In this document: positions 10,763 through 21,135 of the stretch, in pieces
How positions within the stretch are numbered: the first letter of the stretch is position 1
Layout of the letters: every line of letters starts with the position of its first letter
Origin: Carboxydocellales bacterium
GTDB taxonomy: Bacteria > Bacillota > GCA-003054495 > Carboxydocellales > JAJZTU01
Reading direction: 5' to 3'
Assembly (NCBI GenBank): GCA_049302075.1
Contig: JBAQLS010000003.1
Location: forward strand, 176,561 to 240,560
Length of the DNA: 64,000 nucleotides
Made by a program: the position numbers and the translations under genes
Notes under the pieces: generated by a model
The model's input: only the letters and a program-made list of their open reading frames with translations
The model's database searches: none
What the model was told of the DNA's origin: nothing

Positions 10763-11536
10763 CTAGGATTTAAGCCATTTTTTAATTCCCCAAACAACGG
10801 TATCCTTATTGATGTCGGCTATAGAAGTAGTAAGCGGAATTTCCTTAGGGCATGCTCGGACACAGTTTTGAGAGTTACCACAGTCAGTAATCCCTCCATC
10901 ACCCATAATTGCATCTAACCTTTCCTCCCGGTTCATATCTCCGGTAGGATGGGCGTTAAACAAGCGAACTTGAGATATAGCCGCAGGCCCGATAAACTTT
11001 GAAGCTGAATTTACTTGAGGACAGGCTTCCATACAACAACCACAAGTCATGCATTTTGATAGGTGGTAGGCCCATTCCTGGGTTTTAGCTGCCATCCGTG
11101 GACCTGGTCCAAGGTCATAGGTCCCATCAATAGGAATCCAGGCTTTAACCTTTTTAAGATTATCAAACATTTGCTTGCGATCTACCATCAAGTCCCTAAT
11201 CAAGGGAAATTTACTTAAAGCTTGCAGGGTAATAGGTTGTTTAAGCTGATCAATCAAGGCACTACAAGCTTGGCTGGCCTTGCCGTTAATTACCATAGTA
11301 CAGGCCCCACAAACTTCTTCCAGGCAGTTGCATTCCCAGACAACAGCTGTAGTTTTTTTGCCCTCACTATTAACCGGATTTTTTTGGATTTCCATCAAAA
11401 CGGAAATAACATTCATATTTGGTTTATAGGGAAGTTTAAATTCTTCCCAGTAAGGTTTCTCATTTGGATTAGCTTGGCGTCTAATTTTCAGATGAATATA
11501 CTCCGGCATTTTAAGACACCTCCTTATCCACGTCAT
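10763..11536 (-). CDS. sdhB: Succinate dehydrogenase/fumarate reductase iron-sulfur subunit
   Basis: Has the three Cys clusters (CNCLEEVCGAC; CMTCGCCMEAC; CGNSQNCVRAC) and sits in sdhCAB order. Confidence 0.95.
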   Translation of the reverse strand: MTWIRRCLKMPEYIHLKIRRQANPNEKPYWEEFKLPYKPNMNVISVLMEIQKNPVNSEGKKTTAVVWECNCLEEVCGACTMVINGKASQACSALIDQLKQPITLQALSKFPLIRDLMVDRKQMFDNLKKVKAWIPIDGTYDLGPGPRMAAKTQEWAYHLSKCMTCGCCMEACPQVNSASKFIGPAAISQVRLFNAHPTGDMNREERLDAIMGDGGITDCGNSQNCVRACPKEIPLTTSIADINKDTVVWGIKKWLKS

Positions 11537-13265
11537 ACTTCCGTGCCCTTGGCTTTATTAGAGAAACATCAACATCTTCATAACTAAGTTGTGGACCACT
11601 AGGAGTATATTTAGCTTTAGTGGTCTTCAACCAGTTGGCATCATCCCGCTCTGGAAAATCAGGTTTATAGTGTGCTCCCCGACTTTCATTCCGATTTAAA
11701 GCACCCTGAGTAATAACCCTAGCTAATTGCAGCATACCTCCTAGGTGGCGAGTAAACTGAGCTGACTGGTTGACCCAACGGGAAGTATCATTAACATTAA
11801 TCTTTTTATAGCGCTCCATTAGTTCTAATAACTTTTCATCTGTTTTACTTAGCTTATCATTGAACCTAACTACAGTTACGTTGTCAGTCATCCACTTGCC
11901 CATCTCATCCCAAATTTGATAAGCATTTTCTGTACCATTCATCTTATAAATGTTTTCCAGTTTCTGCTGCTGTGCCTTTTGCGCCTGGTCAAAAACACTG
12001 CTACTAATATCATCAGCAGATTTCTTTAAACCGCTAATATACTCCACAGCCTTCGGTCCCACATACATACCGGAATAAATTGCCGACAGCAGTGAGTTTG
12101 CCCCCAAACGGTTGGCACCGTGGTATTGATAATCACATTCCCCGGCAGCAAACAACCCAGGTATATTGGTCATATGATTAAAGTCTACCCAGATTCCACC
12201 CATAGAGTAATGTACTCCAGCGAAAATCTTCATTGGTACTTTTCTAGGGTCATCTCCCACAAACTTTTCATAGATTTCTAGAATACCACCTAATTTGCGG
12301 TCAAGTTCCTTTGCTTCAATATGGGAAAGATCCAGATAAACCATATTTTCGCCATTTATACCTAGCTTTAAGTCAACACAAACGTGGAAAATTTCCCGAC
12401 TGGCAATATCTCTTGGCACCAGATTACCATAGGCAGGGTATTTCTCCTCTAGGAAGTACCAAGGCTTGCCATCTTTATATGTCCAAATCCGGCCACCTTC
12501 ACCTCTGGCTGATTCAGACATCAGGCGAAGCTTATCCTCTCCCGGAATAGAAGTGGGGTGAATCTGAATAAACTCCCCATTGGCATAATATACCCCTTGT
12601 TGGTATACAGCTGCAGCAGCGGCACCTGTGTTAATAGCAGAATTTGTACTTTTAGCAAAAATCATTCCGGGTCCACCGGTAGCTAGAATTACCGCATCAC
12701 CCTTATAATACTTAATCTCCATGGTTGCTAACTCTTGAGCTACAATCCCCCGGCAAATGCCTTCATCATCAATTACAGCTTGTAAAAACTCCCAAGTTTC
12801 ATATTTTTGAACTAGTCCGGCCACTTCCCACCGCCTGACCTGCTCGTCACAAGCATAGAGCAACTGTTGACCAGTAGTAGCACCGGCAAACGCTGTCCGG
12901 TGACGTTTAGTTCCTCCGAAACGCCGGAAGTCTAACAACCCTTCAGGGGTACGGTTAAACATTACTCCCATCCGGTCCATTAAGTGAATGATTCCTGGAG
13001 CCGCATCACACATGTCTTTTACTGGAGGCTGGTTGGCTAAAAAGTCCCCGCCATAAATTGTATCGTCAAAATGTTCCCAGGTAGAGTCGCCTTCCCCTTT
13101 AGTGTTTACCGCGCCGTTGATTCCCCCTTGGGCACAAACAGAGTGGGATCGTTTCACTGGGCACAGAGAAAACAAATCCACTTTGTATCCGGCCTCGGCA
13201 GCTTTGATAGCAGCCATCAATCCGGCTAGTCCGCCACCGACTATGATAATTTTTTTATCACTCAT
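11511..13265 (-). CDS. sdhA: Succinate dehydrogenase/fumarate reductase flavoprotein subunit
   Basis: GGGLAGL FAD motif, the covalent-FAD His region (RSHSVCAQGG), HYSMGG and RLGANSL. Confidence 0.95.
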   Translation of the reverse strand: MSDKKIIIVGGGLAGLMAAIKAAEAGYKVDLFSLCPVKRSHSVCAQGGINGAVNTKGEGDSTWEHFDDTIYGGDFLANQPPVKDMCDAAPGIIHLMDRMGVMFNRTPEGLLDFRRFGGTKRHRTAFAGATTGQQLLYACDEQVRRWEVAGLVQKYETWEFLQAVIDDEGICRGIVAQELATMEIKYYKGDAVILATGGPGMIFAKSTNSAINTGAAAAAVYQQGVYYANGEFIQIHPTSIPGEDKLRLMSESARGEGGRIWTYKDGKPWYFLEEKYPAYGNLVPRDIASREIFHVCVDLKLGINGENMVYLDLSHIEAKELDRKLGGILEIYEKFVGDDPRKVPMKIFAGVHYSMGGIWVDFNHMTNIPGLFAAGECDYQYHGANRLGANSLLSAIYSGMYVGPKAVEYISGLKKSADDISSSVFDQAQKAQQQKLENIYKMNGTENAYQIWDEMGKWMTDNVTVVRFNDKLSKTDEKLLELMERYKKINVNDTSRWVNQSAQFTRHLGGMLQLARVITQGALNRNESRGAHYKPDFPERDDANWLKTTKAKYTPSGPQLSYEDVDVSLIKPRARKYDVDKEVS

Positions 13266-13279
13266 CTATTCCCACCCCT

Positions 13280-13912
13280 TTAACCATTAATGAATGCCAG
13301 CAGAGAGTTAAGTCCAACAAAAGTTAGGACTACAAAAAGCCCGTTGCACAGAACAGCGGAAATCCGTTGTGATTTAGGTCCAACAGTAATTCCCCAGGAA
13401 ATCAAGAAGGCCCAAATTCCATTAGAGAAGTGATACACAGCAGAAACTAAGCCAATTAAGTAAAATGCAGCAATCCAAGGATTAGACAAGGCTTCGTGCA
13501 TTCCAGCAAAGCTGATTTCCATTCCGTAGAATAAAGCACTTAATCTGGTAACGTAAATATGATAGAAAATAAAAACAAAAGTAATTAGTCCAGACACGCG
13601 CTGAATTAAGTAGGTCCAGTTCCTGAAATAGCCGTACTTACTGACATTGCTTTCTCCAAGATAGTAAATCCAAAGTCCGTATAACCCGTGGAAAACAATA
13701 GGCAAGAAAATGAACAATGTTTCAATTGCTAAAAGATAAGGTAATGACTGAAAGAACTCCACCTTCTCATCAAAAGCCTCCGCTCCCTTAAGGGCAAAAG
13801 AATTGGTAAACAGGTGCTCCAACAAAAATAAACCTACCGGGATGATTCCAAACAATGAATGAATTCTTCTGACCAAAAAGTGTTTATCCATTCCCAATTT
13901 CGCTCCTTTCAA
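13280..13912 (-). CDS. sdhC: Succinate dehydrogenase cytochrome b558 subunit
   Basis: 210 aa protein with five TM segments, directly upstream of sdhA as in Bacillus. Confidence 0.85.
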   Translation of the reverse strand: MKGAKLGMDKHFLVRRIHSLFGIIPVGLFLLEHLFTNSFALKGAEAFDEKVEFFQSLPYLLAIETLFIFLPIVFHGLYGLWIYYLGESNVSKYGYFRNWTYLIQRVSGLITFVFIFYHIYVTRLSALFYGMEISFAGMHEALSNPWIAAFYLIGLVSAVYHFSNGIWAFLISWGITVGPKSQRISAVLCNGLFVVLTFVGLNSLLAFING

Positions 13913-14218
13913 AACTATTCTCTTTTCTCAGGTTCCCCCTAAACTGTGTACCTCACCACCACCTTATAACTGCATCATTAGATAATAAGCAATAAGTGTG
14001 CCATCTTTAAGGTTGCAGATAGTTTTGGGTTAAAAACACTAAATGTTTTAGGAATAAGTGAATAAACTGGTGCGAAACCGTACTAAACCATTTACTTAGA
14101 TTTAGCCCGGGACTATCAAAACAACGGCAACTTTTAATAATCAGAAAAGAATAGCCTGAAAACCAGTCTACTTTCTTCTAATTTCTATAAATCATAAACG
14201 CAAAATTAACCCTTTGTT

Positions 14219-16039
14219 TTAATTAAACTTTTTATTTTGCAACGCAATTGCTTCCGCCAGTTCGTTTAAATAAGTCCAGCGTTCCAGCAGTTCATCCAAC
14301 TGTTTTTCCAGCTTTTGCTGCCCACCGGTTAACTCCTGCAACAGCACAAAGTCACTGCCCGCCCCATTAATTCCGGCATTTACCTCCTGCAGCTCCTTTT
14401 CCACATTTGCTATCAGCTGGTCTATCTGTTCATATTCCTTTTGTTCTTTGAAGGTAAATTTCAGGGGACGGGAGTTATCCTTATCCCGGCTATCCTTCCC
14501 CCCATTATGGCTAACCCCATTGTTTTCTGAAGCTGTTATAACAGGTTGGTCTTTGGCTTGCTCCAGGTATTCCGAATAATTGCCCAAATAAACATCTATC
14601 CGGTCATTCCCTGTAAAAGTAAATATTTTCTCCACAACCCGATCCAGAAAATACCGATCATGGGAAACAACGATAACCGCCCCGGGAAATTCATCCAGAT
14701 AGTCTTCCAGAATAGTTAGGGTTTGAATATCCAGGTCGTTGGTAGGTTCGTCCAACAGCAGTACATTGGGTGCACCCATCAGTACCCGCAGTAGGTATAG
14801 CCTCCGACGCTCCCCACCGGAGAGTTTGTCTATAGGACTCCACTGCAGATCTCGGGTAAAGAGGAACCTTTCCAGCATCTGGGCTGCGCTGATTAGTTTC
14901 CCATCAGCGGTGGGCACAACCTCGGCCTGCTCCCGGATATAATCAATCACCCTTAGGCTTTCGTTTAACTCTTGGTTTTCCTGCGCAAAATAGCCCAGCT
15001 TCACCGTTAGACCTTGATTCACTGTACCGCTGTCAGCTTCCAACCTGGCAGCGATAATGTTCAGCAGAGTAGATTTGCCGGTACCGTTAGGCCCGATAAT
15101 ACCTATCCGGTCATCCCGGGAAATAGTATAACTAAAATCATTTATTAATTGCTTTCCCCCAAAGCCTTTACATATCTGTTCCAGAGCAATAACCTTTTTA
15201 CCCAGTCGGCTGCCGCCCACCGAAATTTCCAGCTTATCCCCGCAAACAGTCGGTTTGTCTGCCTCTAGCTTTTCGAACCGGTCAATTCTGGCCTTTTGCT
15301 TGGTGGTGCGGGCCTTGGCCCCTCTTCTAATCCAAGCCAGTTCGTTGCGCCAAAGGTTTAACCGTTTCTGTTCCGCTGATTGCTCCTGTTCTTCCCTGGC
15401 CAGTTTCAACTCCAGATATTTGCTGTAATTACCGGAGTAACTAAACAGCCGGCCTTGATCAAGTTCGAGGATGCGATTAACTACCCGATCTAGAAAATAC
15501 CGGTCATGGGTCACCATTAACAAGGCACCTTTGCGTTTATTTAAATACTGTTCCAGCCAGTCTACAGCCTCGTTATCGATATGGTTGGTCGGTTCATCCA
15601 AAATTAGCAGCTCCACCGGCTTAATCAAAGCAGCGGCCAAGGCCACCCTTTTTCTTTGCCCCCCGGAAAGTGTACCTACCTGGGCAGTAAAGTCGTCAAT
15701 CCCCAACCTGGTCAGGATGGTTTTTGCTTCGCTTTCTAGCTGCCAATCATCCGGGGCCACAAGGTAAATTCCCTGCAAAACCTGCTGCAAAACTGTCGCC
15801 TGCTCATCAAAGCAGGGGTTTTGGGACAGATATCCCATGCGTACGGCATTACCGGTAACAACCAGACCCTGGTCAGCGTCTTCAAGCCCGGCCAGAACCT
15901 GCAAAAAGGTAGATTTGCCGGTACCGTTGATGCCAATGAGACCTATTTTATCCCCTTCTTCAATACCACAAGATACCTCGCTAAATAGTTTTTTCAGTCC
16001 ATAGCTTTTGGCGATATTTTCAGCTGACAGCAGATTCAT
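14219..16039 (-). CDS. ABC-F family ATPase (two NBDs, no TM domain, C-terminal coiled coil)
   Basis: Two Walker A motifs (GINGTGKST, GPNGTGKST) and two signatures (LSGGQRKR, LSGGERRR). A sigma-A-like promoter TTGTTA-N18-TATAAT lies about 40 nt upstream on the minus strand. Confidence 0.9.
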   Translation of the reverse strand: MNLLSAENIAKSYGLKKLFSEVSCGIEEGDKIGLIGINGTGKSTFLQVLAGLEDADQGLVVTGNAVRMGYLSQNPCFDEQATVLQQVLQGIYLVAPDDWQLESEAKTILTRLGIDDFTAQVGTLSGGQRKRVALAAALIKPVELLILDEPTNHIDNEAVDWLEQYLNKRKGALLMVTHDRYFLDRVVNRILELDQGRLFSYSGNYSKYLELKLAREEQEQSAEQKRLNLWRNELAWIRRGAKARTTKQKARIDRFEKLEADKPTVCGDKLEISVGGSRLGKKVIALEQICKGFGGKQLINDFSYTISRDDRIGIIGPNGTGKSTLLNIIAARLEADSGTVNQGLTVKLGYFAQENQELNESLRVIDYIREQAEVVPTADGKLISAAQMLERFLFTRDLQWSPIDKLSGGERRRLYLLRVLMGAPNVLLLDEPTNDLDIQTLTILEDYLDEFPGAVIVVSHDRYFLDRVVEKIFTFTGNDRIDVYLGNYSEYLEQAKDQPVITASENNGVSHNGGKDSRDKDNSRPLKFTFKEQKEYEQIDQLIANVEKELQEVNAGINGAGSDFVLLQELTGGQQKLEKQLDELLERWTYLNELAEAIALQNKKFN

Positions 16040-16662
16040 TGTTTTCCCGTCCCTTTATCATCTTTGTATTGGTTTATATTATACAACTATGCTGCTTACT
16101 ATAACAACTTTAACTCCCGGGCCTTGTACACCGCCTGGGTACGGAGCCCGTCTCTTCCATGGTTTGGAATACCTTCATTTAAGGGTGCGCCCCGAACAGT
16201 CAACTCAAAGATAGGGCCTGCCGTACATTACTTTTGAGGATGGAACAGGTCCATCATGGAGGATGTTACTGTGTTGCGTGATTATTGTAGCAACCTATTG
16301 GAAAAACACCGTATTCTTGAACAGCCAGCGGTCGAAGCAGGGGATGAGGACGAGGAAGAATTATAGTAGTGAGCAAGATACGCTACAATTGACAAAAGTT
16401 AATTAGCAATAGGGTCTATATTAAGTTCATGAAGCACAGTCAAATAGTGCTTCTTTTTTTATAATTGTAATTGGTGTTAATAATATAGCCCATATTCGGC
16501 ACCCCTGGGGGTACCTTCAAATGTTTTGATCACCGACAGGTAAAATTGGGTGTTTTGGGAGGAATCCACTCATGCTCCAGTTTTAGTGCTATACAGGTCT
16601 GTTCAAACATGACGGAAGATTTCAACTATAAACTGGACAGGGAATGTTGCCGCATCTTTAAC

Positions 16663-19136
16663 GTTTACATTCCACAATAGTTAGATTTCAACGTGACTAT
16701 GTTAGTATGCGGGTCCTCATACTCAAACCTGTTTACATTCCACAATGGTTAGATTTCAACGAAAAAGCTGAAGAGTATCTAAATACTATTTTTGACCTTT
16801 ACATTCCACAATGGTTAGATTTCAACCCATGCGGGCAGCACGTAGTGTTTAACCTTTACTTTCTTTACATTCCACAATGGTTAGATTTCAACGCCCGTAA
16901 TGCGGGGTAAAGATATACTGCTTACCTTCTTTACATTCCACAATGGTTAGATTTCAACTCCTGCTGAGTGTAGAATATAACACTCAATAAAGGGCTTTAC
17001 ATTCCACAATGGTTAGATTTCAACATATATCGAGATGGCAGATAATGACCGGCTGAACGGCCTTTACATTCCACAATGGTTAGATTTCAACCTAAATCGT
17101 CCTCGTCGAATGGGCGGGGCTTGGTTTCTTTACATTCCACAATGGTTAGATTTCAACAAGGCAGTCACGCCTCATTGACCTGCCCAACTCCCTTTACATT
17201 CCACAATGGTTAGATTTCAACATCGCCATGCGAGATAGGAAATCAAGTGCCGCTACTCACTTTACATTCCACAATGGTTAGATTTCAACCCTCAGTTTTC
17301 GGTCTAAAAACGTTCGCCATAAGTTCTTTACATTCCACAATGGTTAGATTTCAACTGCCTACATGCCCTACCATAAAACCCACATATTTCCTTTACATTC
17401 CACAATGGTTAGATTTCAACTTAACTCCAAGCTACAGTTAGACCTACCCGACAAGCTTTACATTCCACAATGGTTAGATTTCAACACCGCCTAGAGCTTG
17501 GCACGACTATATTTAAGGTGCTTTACATTCCACAATGGTTAGATTTCAACGAAGAAGGAAACGCCAGAAAGATATTGTTTACACTGCTTTACATTCCACA
17601 ATGGTTAGATTTCAACATAACTATTATAGACCATAGACTATCAGTAGATAGGCTTTACATTCCACAATGGTTAGATTTCAACCGGATGGCGGTTGGTTAG
17701 TCGGTGGTATCGTTGCGGCTTTACATTCCACAATGGTTAGATTTCAACCACTAGGCATAGGTATGTTAGTATTAGATATGTGCATCTTTACATTCCACAA
17801 TGGTTAGATTTCAACCTGAGCAGGAGTAACATTGTTTCGCTGAATTTCAATTCTTTACATTCCACAATGGTTAGATTTCAACTACCCCTTGGCATCCGCT
17901 GTATAAGAGGATTATACGCCTTTACATTCCACAATGGTTAGATTTCAACATAACTATTATAGACCATAGACTATCAGTAGATAGGCTTTACATTCCACAA
18001 TGGTTAGATTTCAACTAACTTTTCAGTCGCTGGCTTACTAGGTTTAGTGATCTTTACATTCCACAATGGTTAGATTTCAACATCTCAAAAAGTTGTGATC
18101 ACAACTTTTGTTGGTGTCTTTACATTCCACAATGGTTAGATTTCAACTATTTTTACTTGTATTGCCTCAGCGTCGCTACCCGCCTTTACATTCCACAATG
18201 GTTAGATTTCAACGGTGCAGCCGGTGGAGGCAAGACCGAGGCGTTGCTTCTTTACATTCCACAATGGTTAGATTTCAACGCGACAGGCTAGGGCATTTGT
18301 GGACAAGATGGTTCGCTTTACATTCCACAATGGTTAGATTTCAACTCTCCATCTCCGCACATATCAACTCCAGCACCACAGCCTTTACATTCCACAATGG
18401 TTAGATTTCAACTTTCCAGCGCATTAGGCCAACAGCAATATCCACTACTTTACATTCCACAATGGTTAGATTTCAACACAGCCGCCAAAAATCTCCTAGT
18501 CAATGATTTCGACCTTTACATTCCACAATGGTTAGATTTCAACGAAACAGGATGCCCAGAGATACATATTGCCACAAGGCTTTACATTCCACAATGGTTA
18601 GATTTCAACAAAAATCACAAGTTTTTGTCACAAAGGTATTAAAACTTTACATTCCACAATGGTTAGATTTCAACACCGTTGACCGCACGCTAGATGTACA
18701 AAAGTTACATCTTTACATTCCACAATGGTTAGATTTCAACTAGATGCGGAATGTACTATCACAGAGACAAAAAATGCTTTACATTCCACAATGGTTAGAT
18801 TTCAACCCAGTTAAGATAATTTCCTTGTTATCGCCATTTTTTCTTTACATTCCACAATGGTTAGATTTCAACCACCGCAGGCACTTCGGGGTACATCTGC
18901 CGGACTAGACTTTACATTCCACAATGGTTAGATTTCAACCTACCAGCAACCCCCTCAACGACCTCAACGACCTTACTTTACATTCCACAATGGTTAGATT
19001 TCAACAACAGAAAAAATGTAGTCATTCATAATCATGCCCTCCTTTACATTCCACAATGGTTAGATTTCAACTACCGTTTTTTGAGGTTGCAGCTTTAATT
19101 ATTTTTCTTTACATTCCACAATGGTTAGATTTCAAC
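16663..19136 (-). CRISPR. CRISPR array with 38 repeats of 30 nt and 37 spacers of 34-38 nt
   Basis: The repeat on the plus strand is CTTTACATTCCACAATGGTTAGATTTCAAC. On the minus strand it reads GTTGAAATCTAACCATTGTGGAATGTAAAG, a type I-B-like form. I located every repeat by hand. The two repeats farthest from cas2 (16663, 16731) carry substitutions, so the leader is at the cas2 side. Confidence 0.98.
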
Positions 19137-19324
19137 GCTTCGACCCGAGAAGCGCACCGCCCTAGAATACCTGGGCATATTTCTGTCGTACACAGTATTA
19201 TCATCCCCTTATATTTGATATTATTCTAAAAAAAATACTTATAATCATATTTACTAGCAGTTTGCTCATCTGTCGCACTCCGGGAAAGATTGCATTAGTG
19301 ATAGTCGACAGAGTAATTTTAAGT
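19137..19324 (-). promoter_or_regulatory. CRISPR leader (mostly AT-rich; GC-rich next to the first repeat) between cas2 and the first repeat
   Basis: Inferred from its position between the cas2 stop and the conserved first repeat, and from AT-rich sequence with T/A runs. The promoter itself is not pinned down. Confidence 0.55.
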
Positions 19325-19615
19325 CTAAAAAAAGTTGGAGGTTTTATCATCTTCTTTCCCCCAAAACTCTTTTTGGAGCCAACGTTCTTCCCTGCTTTTA
19401 AATACCAATACAGAGTCTTTATCCGCTCGAATATTCTTGCTTAATTCCATTTGTAACTTTTTCAATAAGGCTGCTGTTATCTCTCCTTCAAAAACTGATT
19501 TTTGAACATGAGTAAGGTATTTTTTGCAAGTTTTAAAAATTCTTCTGGATGCCTTTGCGCCGCCTTCATCCATCTCAATATCATAGACTAATATAATGTA
19601 CATGATCACCACCAA
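19325..19615 (-). CDS. cas2: CRISPR-associated endoribonuclease Cas2
   Basis: 96 aa, MYIILVYDI N-terminal beta strand; overlaps the cas1 stop. Confidence 0.9.
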   Translation of the reverse strand: MVVIMYIILVYDIEMDEGGAKASRRIFKTCKKYLTHVQKSVFEGEITAALLKKLQMELSKNIRADKDSVLVFKSREERWLQKEFWGKEDDKTSNFF

Positions 19616-20622
19616 ATAGTAAACCCTTCATATTTTTTATCTCCCATCAAATGCTTTATCAGTTTATAACACTCCAGTCGAATTAAATACCGGTAAGAAA
19701 CATTTTTATTTAGTCCTTTGTGTTGAATAGTACGCATTAGACCTTCGTCATATTTCTCCAAGAGCCGCTTGCGCCCGCTTTCTTTTAAATAACAAAAGTT
19801 GGACTCGCGTTCAAAGTCCTTTTCAGTCAGCATGTTCTTATTCAGCATAGAAAATATCAGACGATCGGCAATTAGTGGTTTAAACACCTCCGCAATATCT
19901 AAACAAAGTGAAAATCTCCTTTCTCCTGCGCTATGCAAATAACTCACGGCCGGATGTAGCTGGGTTTTATATATTTCTGTTAGACAAGTCACATATACCA
20001 ACGAATTTACAAACGAGATCAGTGCATTAATCATATTGTCAGGTGGACGTTTTACCCTTTTTTCAAAATCGATCTCTTGATTGATAATCTCCTTCCACCC
20101 GCTATAATAGGCTCGCCGGATACTCCCTTCTACTCCCATTAATTCATTAACATCTTGAACTTGAGCAATGCCTCTTCTTAAAGCTTTGATGTCCGACATA
20201 CAGGCTTCCAAATCTCGATCTCTTTCATTATAATATCGCAGGTTTCGTAAAATGTTGTAGCTTGCCGCCTCAATGAATTCCTTCGCAATTTCCAACCTCT
20301 TAGAGTGCTCTGTGTAATGATTTACTTGTTCAATCAGCAATTTACCAGATACGTTTGCTTCCTTCGGATAAAAACTTCCCGTATAAAAGCCGTAGTAATT
20401 GAAAAAATGAATCGGCATGGATAACTGACCCGCATAATTCAAACATTTTGTATTTAAACTGACTTCTCCAAACACATAAATATCACGTGTCATTTCCACC
20501 TTAATATCTTTAAATCTGCCCTCGGGCGTGGTAACCCGTAAAACATTGTCTTTCCTATGCAATTCTCCATTCGCAAATAAATAGAAGCTCTCTGCCATAC
20601 TGTACCTCCTTAAACATAACAA
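19606..20622 (-). CDS. cas1: CRISPR-associated integrase Cas1
   Basis: 338 aa, positioned between cas4 and cas2 with overlapping stop/start codons; Cas1-like pattern. Confidence 0.9.
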   Translation of the reverse strand: MLCLRRYSMAESFYLFANGELHRKDNVLRVTTPEGRFKDIKVEMTRDIYVFGEVSLNTKCLNYAGQLSMPIHFFNYYGFYTGSFYPKEANVSGKLLIEQVNHYTEHSKRLEIAKEFIEAASYNILRNLRYYNERDRDLEACMSDIKALRRGIAQVQDVNELMGVEGSIRRAYYSGWKEIINQEIDFEKRVKRPPDNMINALISFVNSLVYVTCLTEIYKTQLHPAVSYLHSAGERRFSLCLDIAEVFKPLIADRLIFSMLNKNMLTEKDFERESNFCYLKESGRKRLLEKYDEGLMRTIQHKGLNKNVSYRYLIRLECYKLIKHLMGDKKYEGFTIWW

Positions 20623-21098
20623 TATTCGTAATATGCGCAGTTTTTACAGATTTTGGAGTTTATGGGAGATGGCATCTTTTTCTGCGAAACGATACTTTCT
20701 ATGCATGACATGATTTCTTCAATTTTTTCCGAATCGCCTTCCAGCAATAAGATTTCCTGACGTTTTTTAATTTTTGGATAGTCCAGTATGCCCTTTTCGA
20801 TTTGAATTCCCCTTTGATTCAGGAAATACAAATAATATTTCACTTGCCAGATAGAGGCCTCTTCAATACTTTTGCTCTTTTTGATTTCATGTAATACCTT
20901 CCAATCCTTGATGAAATCCACATTTACGGTTTCGCCAATCATAATGTGTTTATGCTCTCGTCCATAAGCAGTCTCATCAATCAACTTTCCCAACAGCACT
21001 CTATCACTTTCATTCTCAAACGCTATATTATTATAAAAACACCATAGTTTTCGCCGACAAACAAAGTAATAATAAAACATAGTTCCCGTAATACGCAT
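20610..21098 (-). CDS. cas4: CRISPR-associated exonuclease Cas4
   Basis: 162 aa with an N-terminal Cys and the C-terminal CxxCxxxxxC cluster (CKNCAYYEYC) of RecB-fold Cas4. Confidence 0.9.
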   Translation of the reverse strand: MRITGTMFYYYFVCRRKLWCFYNNIAFENESDRVLLGKLIDETAYGREHKHIMIGETVNVDFIKDWKVLHEIKKSKSIEEASIWQVKYYLYFLNQRGIQIEKGILDYPKIKKRQEILLLEGDSEKIEEIMSCIESIVSQKKMPSPINSKICKNCAYYEYCYV

Positions 21099-21135
21099 AA
21101 CCCAGGCCTCCTCAACCCACGAAAAATCATTACAT

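Noticed and set aside
16257-16367. A 36-codon + ORF (MEDVTVLRDYCSNLLEKHRILEQPAVEAGDEDEEEL), followed by a plus-strand hairpin and T-run at 16431-16462
   Set aside because: It is too short, has no clear RBS, and I recognise no family. It may be a gene fragment left at the edge of the CRISPR-Cas insertion. It is noted but not supportable as a feature.
16707-18743. Seven + strand ORFs from the track (for example 16707..16910, 17247..17441, 18108..18404) with recurring LYIPQWLDFN / LHSTMVRFQ peptides
   Set aside because: They are translations of the CRISPR repeat in different frames. The periodic identical peptides match the 30-nt repeat, so they are not genes.
19137-19202. An extra degenerate spacer-repeat unit at the leader-proximal end, since the first 36 nt after the last repeat are GC-rich like a spacer
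   Set aside because: The following 30 nt share only scattered identities with the repeat (5 matches in the first 11 positions, none in the next seven compared), so there is no evidence for a decayed repeat there.
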